The notes: a model not told the origin generated them from the letters alone. A stretch of DNA of 58,194 bases, filler included, from Jimgerdemannia flammicorona (GCA_003990765.1; 2 parts of 2 records of this genome joined end to end with filler, not necessarily neighbours in it); one strand, 5' to 3'; counted from the first letter of the whole stretch, positions 40,085 to 53,000 are shown. Numbers and translations are program-made.

Positions 40085-41339
40085 AGAGCACTCTGTGCCT
40101 GAGTGAGAGCTGTAGCAGAACAAGCAGACATGGGGGCAGCCACAATTGCTGTGGCAGCTGGAGCCATTGTAGTTGTGACAGATAGAACTGGCTGCACCAT
40201 CCGAGGAGAGAGTATCATCTGGTTTGATGGGGAATGTAGGTCACGTGAGAGGGGTTTGGGTGCAAGAGGTCAACACATGTCCCGCACCCACACTGAAAGT
40301 ATAAAAGGGGGTGTGATGAGGTCGTTCTGGGACTTCCTGTTGAGGAGGCCATTGCCTGTATGGGCCAACATGTTGGTTGGTAGGCAAGCAGTACTGATGC
40401 CGGCTGGCCGATGATGGTTTCAAACGTGTGCTGGACAGCATCTGGATTGCCAATATCCAGCTCCGGAAAGGATGCTTTAAGTGTGCAAACTTGCCAGTCA
40501 AACTGCTGAAGGGCAGCCCAGTCGTAACGATCATTGATGGCCTTGATAATAAAGATGATATGTACGAGTAGCTGTGCAGCATATGCAGTGTGGGGAGCAG
40601 CCCGAGTAGTGCCCAGAGACAGCAATACACCCCGAATGTTGAAGATAACTTCAAGTCAGAGTGGTAGGTCAAGATCGCGGTCTGGTGGATGTGAATCAGG
40701 TTTTTGCTGATTGCTCGGACGTGATAGCAAGGCGTTGTCTGTCCATTCGGCCAGTATTTGGTATTCCCCTGCCTCAAGTGAGGTCAGCAGCTCTGATGGA
40801 ACCCAATTGTGATGTAGAATGGCATCAGAGACGAACGGGGGGTTAGATGACTCACCATTTAAAGGGTTTGAAAATCATGCTGGTAAGGGTGCCAATGGGG
40901 TTGGCTGTAGTAAAAGCGAGAGAACTGCCGGAAAGGTGAAGGCAGCTAGAAGAGGGAGTGCTGGTGGTAAGCTGGGTGGTAGGACTGGAGGGGGGTTGGT
41001 GTTGGCTAAAGGTCCATGGAGACATGCTGCAAGTGCTGGAAGTAGCCATTCGATCAATGCATCAACTTCATAACCATCAGGGAGCAGTGCTGGAGCCAGC
41101 ACCATAGGTTCGGCGACTGGGAAATCAGGGCCAGGTCGATGAGCATTGAGACATGTAACCAGGGTGGCCTTTTGACCATCTATGGAGAGGTCATGTTCGC
41201 GGCAGAGTGTGATGAGCTGGTCCTTGTGCAACATACATAGGCCAGTTAAGTTGGGAATTGATGGGGGTGCATGTGGGGCACCAGGTGCTGGAACTGGGGG
41301 ACCAGATGGTAGGCCTTGAGACCGACAGATAGGTGGCAT
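40085..41339 (-). pseudogene. Ngaro gag-like ORF1 with N-terminal SAP-like motif and C-terminal zinc fingers
   Basis: LHKDQLITLCREHDLSIDGQKATLVTCL; CHNYNGSSCHSNCGCPHVCLFCYSSHSGTEC. Confidence 0.8.
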
Positions 41340-41828
41340 GATGTATCTGAGAGATAGTGCGTGAAATCGATTGATACGAATTACTAATGACAATTGCTAG
41401 AGTATGTTGAGGGAAATGTGTAGATGCTGCCTAACTCTTGGGCATGCGGTTGGAGCTCGGGCTAGCTAAGATAGGGTGCAGAAAGCAATTGAAACTGACT
41501 AAGCTAAGATGGTGGATTGCATGATTACATTGTATAAATGTTTAAGTGCATGGTAGGGTGCAGGAAGCAATTGAAACTAACTAATCTAAGATGGTAGTTG
41601 CATTGTGCAATGAATGTTAGATGTACAAATGTTAAGCGCAATAGCCACTTTGCTGCATTTTGAACTACATTCACAACTATATAAAAGATAAATATTCACA
41701 ACAACTATTTTTTATATATATAGTCATCTTATTGATCATTATTTATATACTATCTGAATTTTTCTGATCACATTCTAGTATTAGTTATAAATTATATACT
41801 AAATACAACTATGTAATTATTATTATAC

Positions 41829-42810
41829 TATAATGAGTGAATATTATAATATAGCTAGATAATGTAAAATATCTAACATAGTTACTTCTATAGTTATCTT
41901 TATGCATCACTCATTGTATAAATAGTCTAATATACTAAATTAGAATAAATTCTATATCACTAAGATATATTTATACTTTGAGAGTATACTTGTACCCTGA
42001 AGAAATATCTGTTTCTTAAAGAAACACCTTTCTAAATTAGCCTTACTGTATATTTTATAATTAGCCATATAGTAACCAGCTAGCAACTATATCTATATAA
42101 AATATCTCAGTAATAAGAGTGAATAAACCTTAGTCTGAAAAGTTCAAAAGTAAAAGACAAGTCTGTCTAATATATTTTGAGAGATATGCCTATCAAAAGC
42201 CACTTGATCCAAGAGAGATTACAATACTTAGGAGAAATACCTACTCTAAAGCTACTACTTAAGAGATTGTGAGCTTCCTTTTCCACTCTGGTCCACTTTT
42301 CAATACAAAGAAGACTGCCAATTTTGATACACTTGCCAAACTAAGCCAGAAGAACTTGAGAAATCTGTTACATTTTTGGTCTGCTTACCAGATTAAGCCT
42401 GAAGAGAAGTCTGCCTGAAGAAGTCCACCCTACTTTGACTAAAGCCAGTCAGCCAGATATATCTTCACAGTGAACTCATTCATACAAATAAAGCAGTCAA
42501 CTAATGTAACTTTGCCAAAAAAGTCTGGCAACTTTGAAATTTGCTACATTTTGGTCTGCTTGCCTGATGAAGCCTGAGAAATTGCCAATCCGCTGTGTTA
42601 TGCAGAATCTGCATCATTCAAGAAATCCGCCGAATTCACCACATTACACAGAACTGTGCTTAATTAGGAAACTGCTGAAATCATCCATGCTATGTGAACA
42701 AGAAACCATTGAACATGTTGTTACTTTTTGACAAAGTAACTGGGGGCTCAATCCAATATAGATAGCTGCCCAACCTTGTAATTTGCCTCCATTGAGCCGC
42801 GCACGTAACA
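41829..42810 (+). repeat. Solo LTR, family B
   Basis: Start aligns to 20324 and the end (CCATTGAGCCGCGCACGTAACA) aligns to 21734/18915; 4-bp TSD ATAC. Confidence 0.88.
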
Positions 42811-42984
42811 ATACCCTTTGTGATGTATATACCGAAATTTGTCAGGTGATCGACAAATATTACGCACCGATGCTCAAAAACAACTCCTATATTCACATTC
42901 AGAGGCCACTTCAACAACAAACGGGGGTCAACCACTCGCATCTGTATCTAAGAGACTGGAAGAAATTAGATACCCTTGTAAAAA

Positions 42985-43765
42985 GGTACTCTGTTTCACT
43001 TGCAACGATAGTCGTTGTTCATGAATGTGTGTAGTCAAACTTCAGCGCAATATCCCCTCGTCTATAATTGGGGCGGTGGCGGTGGTTTCACTAACGGCAA
43101 CTCCGGCGGCAATAACTGGGATGATATTATCGGCAATTACTTCATCGCTGGGCCAAATAGCACTGCTAACGCCTAAGTATACGCCAAGGACTATCTTTTC
43201 GACCTAAACAGTAACGGCATTCTTGACGGAAGGCTTGCAACAACTGGTACGCTTGTTATCTGTTATACATTGTATTTGTACCTAACGCGTCTTACCCACG
43301 TTTTTACTCTTGATATCCAGCCGACTACGGAAATGTTACCTTGACCAACACGCCCTTCGCTCCCTCCAATCTTCCGCTAAACATTTTTGACCCAGTCACG
43401 GCCTGTAACACCGTTATCGCCTGCGCCGGCGATTCCCTCCACCGGGATTCGGTCGACTCGGCTAGTCGAGACATTGGGAACAAAAGGTCTGGTCGTTGAC
43501 GACCCCGCAACCATAAGTGCCATTCATTTTGAAACTCAGGTATTCGCACTCTCGACAATTATTAATCTCTTCCCGCCACCTTTTCGATAGATCGGCGGTC
43601 AAGGTACCATTGCTAGCGGCACACCCCCGATTGACACTGACGGCGATGGCATCTCTAACTCCTGGGAGTCCGCTTAGGGACTTAACTCTAACGATGCCTT
43701 GGATGCACTCAAGTTCCCCAATACCGACTACATGTATCTTGAGACTTACCTTAACGGCCTTGCTA
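42985..43765 (+). pseudogene. Pectate lyase (PL1, PlyC-like) C-terminal half, pseudogene
   Basis: LVYNWGGGGGF..IIGNYFIAGP, AGDSLHRDSVD, and SGTPPIDTDGDGISNSWESA*GLNSNDALDA..YLETYLNGL. Likely introns at ~43247-43320 and ~43540-43590. Confidence 0.85.
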
Positions 43766-45330
43766 TGCCCAGCTGGCGAACGGCCTAATTGTTATTTTGG
43801 CCTTCTTGTAATATATAACGACAAAAATATTGGCTTCCTAACGTCAATTTTTTGGCGCCGTATGTTTTAAATAATAAACGAATAAAGGATATTTACATTA
43901 AACGCTCTCCTGATGGCTGCGTTTTATTACTGGAGCCTCCAATGTTGCAACGCTTCGATATAAGTTAAGAAAGTAAGCTGCGGGCAGCGACTCAAGTTTA
44001 GATACACAGTGAATTGCAACCGACTGCATAAAGTGGTTTGAAACCAGCATTAACCAAGTCATGGCCACCCTGTAGAGTGATGCTGGTCAAATGGTGTCTG
44101 CGCTCTTGAAACGCTCTAGGCTTAAATTTGGGGTCTTTTCATAAAAAAAAAAAAAAAAAAAAAAACCTTTGAAGACCTTTTTCTCTACCTACGGGGAAAT
44201 TTCTTCGAGGACCGGTTGGAAGCTCCTTGCGCTTTTTGCAATCTTTGGTATTGATCGACACTTCACGTAATTTGCTCACGTTTTGATGATCGGCTGGTGA
44301 GCAGGCTCCCTTTTCGTCAATACCATTGGCTACAGAGGAACGCGTAAACGTATACATGGGTTTGTCGTCTAGAACACTAGACAGATGAATGCCAAAATGC
44401 AATGTATATACTTCTCCTGCATGCACCATACATCTTTCAGCCAAGTATCTCAAACGCAATCGAGCGCACGTTATTTTGGTACCGACATAAAACTGAGATT
44501 CGTTTATTGGCTTCACAAATTCCCTCCCACAATTACATCCTGTCTATTAGAGTTGGTCCATAGGGATTATACGAACAAACCTTATGTCACCTTCCTACCA
44601 CAAATGTCATTTTCGCTTTACTTGTCAAGCCGCCGGTTATCGACGTTCGATACGCGGATGAACGCCTTGTAGTTATGTGGTTGGTTAGCACGAGATGCTG
44701 AGATTCAAAATTGCCAAATTCAGGAGGATCTTAAAAAAAAAAAAAATGAAGAATAGATAACGAAGTTGATTGTCATTTGTCAGATTAGTTAATACTAATG
44801 TTAATTTCAAGATGACGTCGTGGTGACGTGGTTCCGTTTCATTGTATTCCGCGGAGTCACTGATCGTCGTCACTGTATAAGGGATGTTTGCATAAGGGTG
44901 CAAATAATAGCGACACGAAAGATAGTCAAAATAACCCCAGCGAGCTTTTCGGGTTGCGGACTCTGCGGGATACTAGGATTACGGTTGCCAAGATTGTAAA
45001 AACGAATACCTTAGGACAGCACTGAAAACTATGCGCATGATTGATAACAATTGATTGCATTAATGGCTACCATATGAGACACAAATAATTAAAAAGGGTT
45101 AATGTTTGCAATGGTAACAACCTTTTCTACATTCCGTGCTCCGTGTATGAAATATCTTGCACGGATTCACTAATGTTAAACTAAGCGCAGCAGACGATCT
45201 TGGCATTCCTCTTATTTAATTGCGAATGCCGGTCACAAAGCTAATCGTCTTGCTTCGGAGAATAAAAAAATGCCCTTACAATTTGTGCTTGCCACAACAG
45301 CAGGTTTGAACAGAAACTAAAGTATAGTAA

Positions 45331-46049
45331 CTACAAGGATTTGGATTTAGATACAAAGATCTTGAGCTTCGACTAACCAACGCTACCACTCAATGTCTCA
45401 TCAAATTTATGATGGGCATCTCCAGCATACCTCCAAGTAGAATTGACATCTTCGGCCCAGCGGCCACCGCCTGGAATCTTTGTTCCACTGAATTTCCACC
45501 AAGTTCTGGCGAAGGCGCACGCAATAGGGTCGACGAATCGATCGCAAATTGGGCAGACACATTTGTGCTGGTCGTAGACAAAATCAAAGTCCCGCCGACC
45601 CCATAGGTGAATTATACGCTTATTATAGGCTTTGCAGGATAGGTTTTCACATATCCCTATGAAAAAGGTAAGGTACATTCTATTACAAATTGTCGTAGAA
45701 TAGCCTTACCTTCTAAATTCATACCAGAGGTGGCCCTAAACCAATCGGGAGCGCCCTTACCCCTTTCAATTACCATATATCCCTTGTCGTTGGTCAAATC
45801 CACAAATTTTGGCAAAGGAATGCCACCACCTCGCAAGCGGAGCATAAAATGCATAGTCGACTCGTGTTGAATATTGTAGTCCCGAATGATTCGCCCGTCT
45901 TCAAGCTACTTTCCAGCGAAAAGGAGCCTCTGTTGATCTGTTGAAATGCCCTGCCTTTCGTTGACCCTCTCCTTGATCACTTCTATAGTATCCTCAGAAT
46001 CGACATCTAAGGTAATGGTGTCCGTTAGCGTTTGGATGAAAATCTGCAT
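45331..46049 (-). pseudogene. Ubiquitin-like domain fused to a Cys-rich domain, with premature stop(s)
   Basis: [16 protein letters not shown]...[13 protein letters not shown]...LRLRGG; intron 45657-45709; then GICENLSCKAYN...CVCPIC...CAF. TAG at 45906 where ubiquitin has Gln, and TAG at 45373. Confidence 0.85.
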
Positions 46050-49000
46050 TGTAGTTTTAAATGTGATAGGCGTTTGGTTTGTGGAAAGTAAAAAAAGGAA
46101 AGGCTGCCTTTTTACGAACATCAACTGCCAAATAGCAATTCGCCAATGGCACAGCCGAGTTCATAGCATATCACCCAAATCACTAGATTACTAGCCGGTA
46201 AAAAGCCTTGATGCCATTAACTGATGCAAATTGGCCATCTCACAATATGAAACGGCTACTACACTCTGTGTCATATTTTTATCGAGTTGAGACCTAAAAG
46301 TCTAAATTATTCTGCTTCATCACATCTTCACCCAATAGTTTACTTTCGTCTGTTTTTGTCACGTTCATCCATCCATCATTGTCGCAAAACGCAAACGCAC
46401 CACCTTCTGAAGCATCCCATACTGATGATGTCTGTATTTTCATTTAGTGATAAATTTCATTAGTGTTCTTGTCTGCCTTCAGCATTGAGTTTTGATACAC
46501 TATTTGGCACACTCTTTATGCTCCCCATCCAAGAGAGTTTAATAAACATAGGATAACAGGTGTGGTCCATGGGTGGGCGTTGGAGTCCGCAAGCTTACGA
46601 ATGATAAGTTGGAAGGTCATGGGTGGAGGAGAGTCCTCAAGCTCCGTGAGTGGATGAGAATAGAAATATTCGGGGTTTACATACCATATGGTCTTATAAG
46701 GGCGTGTTGGTAAGCTTGTTTAGCATGGTTTTGTCTGAAAGCAGGAACCGTTACCGAAGTCTCCGCGCCGTTGTCGAAACGACAAGCGAATATTCCACCA
46801 GAGAAGAAAGGTCATGGTTCTCGTAAAGTGAGTTCCTTAGTTATTTTCTCTCTGCGATGATAATGTTTGCTTCGGGCGTTTTCACGCTTTCCCTAGCATT
46901 TTTATTATCTAACTGTACATATTGAACCAGTTGCGGGTGCCTACCTACTGTGAGCCTATCGCTTGGCTATTTTCCAGATTACGGAAATACAGAGCAAAAT
47001 ACCCCCTCGGTGGCATCGGGTGCGAATTATTTCAGAATTATCATACGTGCACTCAGGAGTCGTCTTGTGCAATATATAATATAGCAATTCGGAATGGCTC
47101 CTATGACTCTGCCTTCCGTAAATCATTCGAACTGATACGCCGGTAAAGGCGATATATTGGTTGAGCAATATAAAGTTAAATCTATTATGATTAGTATATT
47201 GAAACAATATATTGCATTTTGTTCACCCTACGTCGGGTTCAATATATACCTATTTTATTCATTCGGCACTGCAAATATTTCCAAACCCAGTTCGAAATGG
47301 AGAGAGCGTTGTGACGGCATGGAAGCCCAAGCGCCTTGGCAGAAGTTGTGGTTACGACGCGCGGTTGAGTGTCTTTTTGCGACCTGGTGGGCAAAGAAGT
47401 GAGGTATTTAGACTGAAGTTGTGAGAGCAACGCATACAGATATGGAAGCCTGGGGGGGCCTCTCTCGCACGCGGGTGTCTATTTCACTGATCCATCCGCC
47501 GACGCCAAGAGACTTCCCCCCTACCTGATCTGTCACTAGAATCGAATATATGGCGATACCGTATTCCTATGCTAATTAAACCCCTCAAAATCGTGATGGC
47601 TTATACATAAACTGTGGATTATACCGTCCACCTTATATACATGATTTCTTTACTTTTTATTGAACGTGTGACATATGACGCCATAAACGAGATGTCGTGC
47701 ATTTGTAAGTTGGATAACGTATTGTGTGTTCAGCTTGGCGAGGACAAACTCATCGGTTTCGGTCCTTGCCCAGTCGAGTATCCCGTCGTCTTTGTGTCTG
47801 TGATGTCCTGTGCCACCAAGCGTTTTTCGTAGTGTCCACCTGCCGCTGTTCCCACACTATGGCACTCCAGCATCCGAACCTTGCCGTATTTACAAGTTGT
47901 AGGCCGAGCAACAGTTACAAGTAATTTGTTAGCGTATGGAATAATGCGTGGTTACGGCAATGAATGTTTGTATGTGAGGAACTTATTGCCAAGGGCGACC
48001 CTTCGATCCATCAGTTCAAGAATGACGCACAATCGGCTCACGATATTCGATAACGTCCGGTATTTCTACTTTATAAGATTCATCTATACGCCCTCTACCC
48101 ATGACCCGCAAGCTCGTCGATTCCGACAGATCTCCTCCGTTTGTGCCATTTGACCTCCTCAGGATTTGTGAAAGAAGTAGAAATGGTTTTGGCTGGTTGG
48201 AAGCATGCGCGCTTCCAAGACCACCGTTTGTTGAGTATATACGCGAGGGGACCGTTTATTGAACAATCAACTATGAAGTCAACAAAGTGGGTAGTGGACA
48301 AATTGGGCAAAGTAGGCTATGTGGGGCAACGATATATATATCATGTGAGACATTTGCCGAAATTTGGAATCAACGTCATTATCCTATTAAATATAATTAT
48401 CATGAAATCGGAAAAATGGCCTACCAAAGCCCCCCCTCCTCCCGTCCACAATATGGTAAAAGGAGACCTCCGTGGGGAAAGACCGAAGCGCAGGATTAAA
48501 AAAAAAAAAAAAAAAATTGGCGTTCGTAACCGATTTCCGCATAGAATGTTTAGGAGACCGATGAGATGAAGGCTTCGAGTCGCATAAACAACTACACTTA
48601 GCTGGTTGCGGCTACTATGGGCCACAAGAGCCAACAGTTCCATGGATCGGAATTCACAGCAAGTCCTATCAGCTACGCGAACGTAATTGGCTAAGAGAAG
48701 CACATTTTTCAACTTGACTCCAAATGTATTTTATCTATTGCTCTCAAAGCGAGTGTTACAAGCGTGACTGCTATGGCTTGACACTAGTTTATAATGTCTC
48801 GCCTACCTTTCTGTCATCTGCGTTAGTTGTGGTATGGTATGGATATAGTTTTCTCGGCAATCAGTGGGTGGGCTACTCCAGCCAGTCGGACAGTTGCCAA
48901 TGAAGAAAACTTAAACGCTGCATTTCCAAATTTCGCTTTGGTCGTACCCACCATAACATTGCAATCTTGACAGCCATGATCAATTATCCACTCTATCCGC

Positions 49001-50628
49001 GCTGATAGTTGCTATGGGAATGTAAACGGCTAAAAGAGTTCCCTTGGTCGCAACGGGATCTCAATCGGCCAGACGCGAAACGGATAAGTAAACAGGGACA
49101 AAATCCCTTCCAGACGCAGCGTAGAATACCGGAGACTGATGAATTAAGTCAAGCTCAGATAGGTAGAAGCGGATATAGTGAGGATATCTCGACGAACACT
49201 CCCCAAAGTATTTACACCCAACACAAAAGGAGCATGTAAGGGTATGATTTTTCCGTGGAATCTCCATTCGACTTCCTTTCTTGAGTCAGATTACTTGGGT
49301 CGGAAGGACCTCATTCTGAGATGTAGTTTGACGTATGAGTTTTTACAACGCAATTTCTTTTGTATGGGCTTTTGTATTTCACTGAAGAGTTGACTGATGT
49401 TTGTTAACATATATTAATGTCATCGTTGGTTGCGAAAGCCATGTTAATACAGGGCGTGGGACACCAAAAAATAAAAAGAGCATTGCGCGACACCAAACAA
49501 GTAAAAGAACATCGTGCCAAACAAACAAAAAGACGAAAAGAAAGAAAGGATGCATGATTGACCACAAGGAAACATTATGTGCGCAATGGCCATCAAGCAG
49601 TAATCGTTGACAGGCCACGCGGTGTTTCGGGAATACGATGAGTATGCGGTCACACACGCCACGTTGCCGCCACTTGTATTGTGGAACGTTGAGCATTGAA
49701 GCGTGGGAATAGGACCATACATTTTAAATTCGGCATGCATAGATAGAGTGGGGTGCGAGGGACGAAACACGTGATTTTTTGGCGTTTAAGAATGTTCGCA
49801 GATTGACCCTCACACCTTTTGGGTTGTGTCATGGAAATGACATTTAATGGAAAACACAAAGTTCATGTAAACCAATACCTGGGTGCCTCACGTAATCCTG
49901 AGTCCTGCACTACTGTGACCGGTATTCCCACGGCATGCACTTGGCGGATCGGGCTAGTTGTCCGGACGAGGAGCGATGATCGATAACATCGAGTCTCGCA
50001 GCTCGTCATTCTGGCTTTGTTTTAGCCTATTGCAATACGCCTGTCGCACTTCCAATCGTGTTGGTATGGTTTTTTTTTTTTTTTTTTTTCGCAACACCTG
50101 AGGTCACTGCTACACAACGCATATCATAAAGAACATAAGCATTACAAGATAATAAGAACTGTATTCTGTGATTCGTGACAGGACATAGGCACATAGCATA
50201 GTGCGGTGAAATAGAGCAGTCCACCTTAACCTACGTATCTCACAAAATGAGAGCATCCGCTTGCCCCACCACGCATTAATTCTTCCACCTTTAAGGCAGC
50301 GTTTCGCATATCTGTGAAGTCAAAACATTCGTCTGGAAAGAGCAGAGAAATTACGACGAGTCAGTTCACATTATGGTGACTACATTTATCAAATCTTGTG
50401 TCCAAGCTACTCCAAAATTATATATATATATAGTTTTTTTACTTAAAAGGTTTAAATATTAGGCAGTCTAATTGGCTTTTTACTTTGTATATCCATACTT
50501 ATTAATATTTTGTAACCCAATCTGAATCTGGTCTAAGTTATCTTTAATCTGATTGTCTTTAAATACATATAATTTATCTTTAACTCAATCTTTAAACTTA
50601 ATTAAAATAATAGTTATTATAATAAAGT

Positions 50629-50700
<72 letters not shown>

Positions 50701-51059
50701 AAAAATGGAATATATTTGAATTTATTTCATATTGTTCATATATACATATTCATAATGTAAAAATATAAAAAGGCATAATTAACTATCTAATTTTCATAAT
50801 TTTAAAATAAACTTATTTTTAACTTGATATATAAACAAAATATATCTAATCTATAGAGTCTAAACATCTATTTAAGCAAAGTGAAAAAAGATTATGATGG
50901 TAGAAGGTAGAGGTGAACTTGTATTCATTTATAGAGCAGTGTAACTCTCTAGAAGGTTCAAATCCGCCTAAAATGTAATTAGGATCGGAAAATTTGAAAC
51001 CGCTCTAAACCTGCCACAATAGAGGATTCTGAGTTAGTCACTGAACGAAGGACTAAAAC

Positions 51060-51483
51060 AACAATTGCACAGTGTCTGTGCGCTAAAGAAAATTTGCACC
51101 CAAGTCCTGTGCTTTGTTTCGAGGCCGATGGGCGATGGCGTCAACGGAATTGTGTTCCTGTGTGCTGAGGTCGATGTCAGCAGAATTGTGTGAAATGTGC
51201 TGAAGCCGATAGGGGACTTGTGTACTGCCAACAGAATAGTGTGCTATGTGTGGTGAGGTCAATGGGCGACTTGTGTGCTGTCGACAGAATTGTATGGTGT
51301 TCTGTTAACAGAATCGCGATTTCACGTCGTGTATGCTGCCACGGGGAGCGGGCGACTTGGGTGCTGTCGACAGAATCTTGTGCTGTGTTCTGTCAACAGA
51401 ATCGCGATTTCCTGTGTGTTGTGCTGAGATACGAGCCATGGGGGACGGGCGACTTTTGTGATGTAAACAAAATAGCGATTTCG
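51060..51483. repeat. Degenerate tandem repeat with palindromic cores
   Basis: Recurring GGGCGACTTG(T/G)GTGCTGTCGACAGAAT and TTCTGT(T/C)AACAGAATCGCGATTTC. Confidence 0.7.
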
Positions 51484-51983
51484 GTGTGCACGAGAGGGTT
51501 TCGTCACCAGCAAACTTACTTGGTGTGCAACGTAGGTGGCTTTCTTGTGTTCGCGCACACAAGAAATCCATCTTCTCCGGCTTGGAGCAAAATTCAAGGT
51601 ACTGCTATTTTACACTGTACAACGTTTACAATCTAACTATAATGTCTTTTTTTTTTTTCAGTGTTCGTTTGGCGGCCCGGGTTATCTGAACATATTCGTC
51701 GGATTAGAATCACGCCGTCGTTCACCCTCCTTCTCCGGAGCTTTTGTCTCAACGGTAACCGTGATGATCTCGGTCTCTTGTAAGTATAGGAACTCCTGGT
51801 CGCGATCGAGAGATAAATGTTCAGACCTCGAGGAAGTCAAATGCACGTCGCAATTCTAATTTCTAATGTACAACATTTAATATGATTCTAAGAATAGAAA
51901 TACACTCTATACCACATTCTGTGGTTTAATAAGAAAAATGTTCAATTGTTGTCATAAATGCGCTCTCCAGCATATTGTTCGGT

Positions 51984-53000
51984 TTAGCCAGCGTACGACA
52001 TTCCCAGTTGCCTATAATCCCCGTAGTGTCTCCATCGGGCTAGGATTCTCTTTAGCGCAAAGATTGGGACCTTGTTTACTTCTTCTGGTCGCGACCGCTG
52101 GAGCGCTGCCAGCGACGCATCGCATCGGTCAAGCGCCTCCGGAGTCATCCGAATAGAAGGCGCGTAGTGAAGAAGTCTCTTGATTGCATCGACGATGGCC
52201 TGCTCGGAACGGACGACCGATTCCGGGACCATATACCAAATAGCACGGTAGAAGATCTGGACAAGCACGTAGTCATTCGGCATCCGGTGGTCTTTCTGCA
52301 GGAGCGCAATGGAGGATTCAAGGTCCATTCCACCAATTTGAACGAGGATATCAATGGCTTGCGGCGCATGCAGCAGAAGGCTCCAAATCATAGCGAAGAG
52401 CGATGGGTCGCCTTGTGGTACGGTCGACCCTGCGCGAATCTGCCGACCCCAGTTGACGTAGGGGATGAAGATGAAGCCAGTGCGGCGCACGAACTCTTCT
52501 AGAGACGCGTAATCAGGGGGATTGTGCGGGAATCTATTGAAGGTCTTATCGAACCAAGAGTCAAACTCACGTCCGTCATCACAGGACAGAAGGGAGTCGT
52601 TACCATAGCGACGGACAGACTCGGACTTGAGGTAGAAGAGGACGGATGGGCGGATGAGTCGCCTCCCGATGGCGAGATCCTCGCGCCCTTGGTAGTAGCG
52701 TCCAAAGGCGTACTGGACGAGCACGCGCGGAAATGGGATTCCCCGATTTACGAGCGCGACAGCTAGGTCGACGTCGAAGAACGACGGGTGGGGGTGGAGG
52801 CGGATGGCCATTGATAGAGCCAACGACCCTCCGTACCCAATTAGCCACAATGCCCGAGCGGATATATCCTTGGAAATGGCGTGGAAGCGGCGGCATGTCA
52901 AGGACCAGGTGTAAGGGTCGTGGATGAATTGGAAGACGACGTGGAGGAGCTCCTCGGTCAGGACGTCAATGTTAGATTTTTTGACCTTCTTGACTGGCAT
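51984..53000 (-). CDS. F-box domain protein, single exon, apparently intact
   Basis: Long GC-rich ORF; N-terminal IDVLTEELLHVVFQFIHDPYTWSLTCRRFHAISKD fits the F-box pattern. ATG at 53000. Confidence 0.75.
   Translation of the reverse strand: MPVKKVKKSNIDVLTEELLHVVFQFIHDPYTWSLTCRRFHAISKDISARALWLIGYGGSLALSMAIRLHPHPSFFDVDLAVALVNRGIPFPRVLVQYAFGRYYQGREDLAIGRRLIRPSVLFYLKSESVRRYGNDSLLSCDDGREFDSWFDKTFNRFPHNPPDYASLEEFVRRTGFIFIPYVNWGRQIRAGSTVPQGDPSLFAMIWSLLLHAPQAIDILVQIGGMDLESSIALLQKDHRMPNDYVLVQIFYRAIWYMVPESVVRSEQAIVDAIKRLLHYAPSIRMTPEALDRCDASLAALQRSRPEEVNKVPIFALKRILARWRHYGDYRQLGMSYAG

Larger units (their letters stand above)
36724..41682 (-). mobile_element. Ngaro-type tyrosine-recombinase retrotransposon
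   Basis: Split direct repeats A1 (41357-41682), ORFs, B1 (37232-37372), A2 (36905-37230), B2 (36724-36864). RT LFGLRSAPFIF/YFVDDF, RNase H LFTDASG, YR HFFCIGGTT...GRWKSTAFLCYI. Confidence 0.95.

Noticed and set aside
42565..42585. Other CTGATGA occurrences (also ~35998, 46402, 56214)
   Set aside because: No stem II plus GAAA plus stem III arrangement.
46540..49800. Many short ORFs
   Set aside because: No recognisable domains or consistent exon structure.
50440..51007. Possible decayed hAT/MITE ending in AAACCGCTCTA
   Set aside because: The matching left TIR and TSD could not be established.
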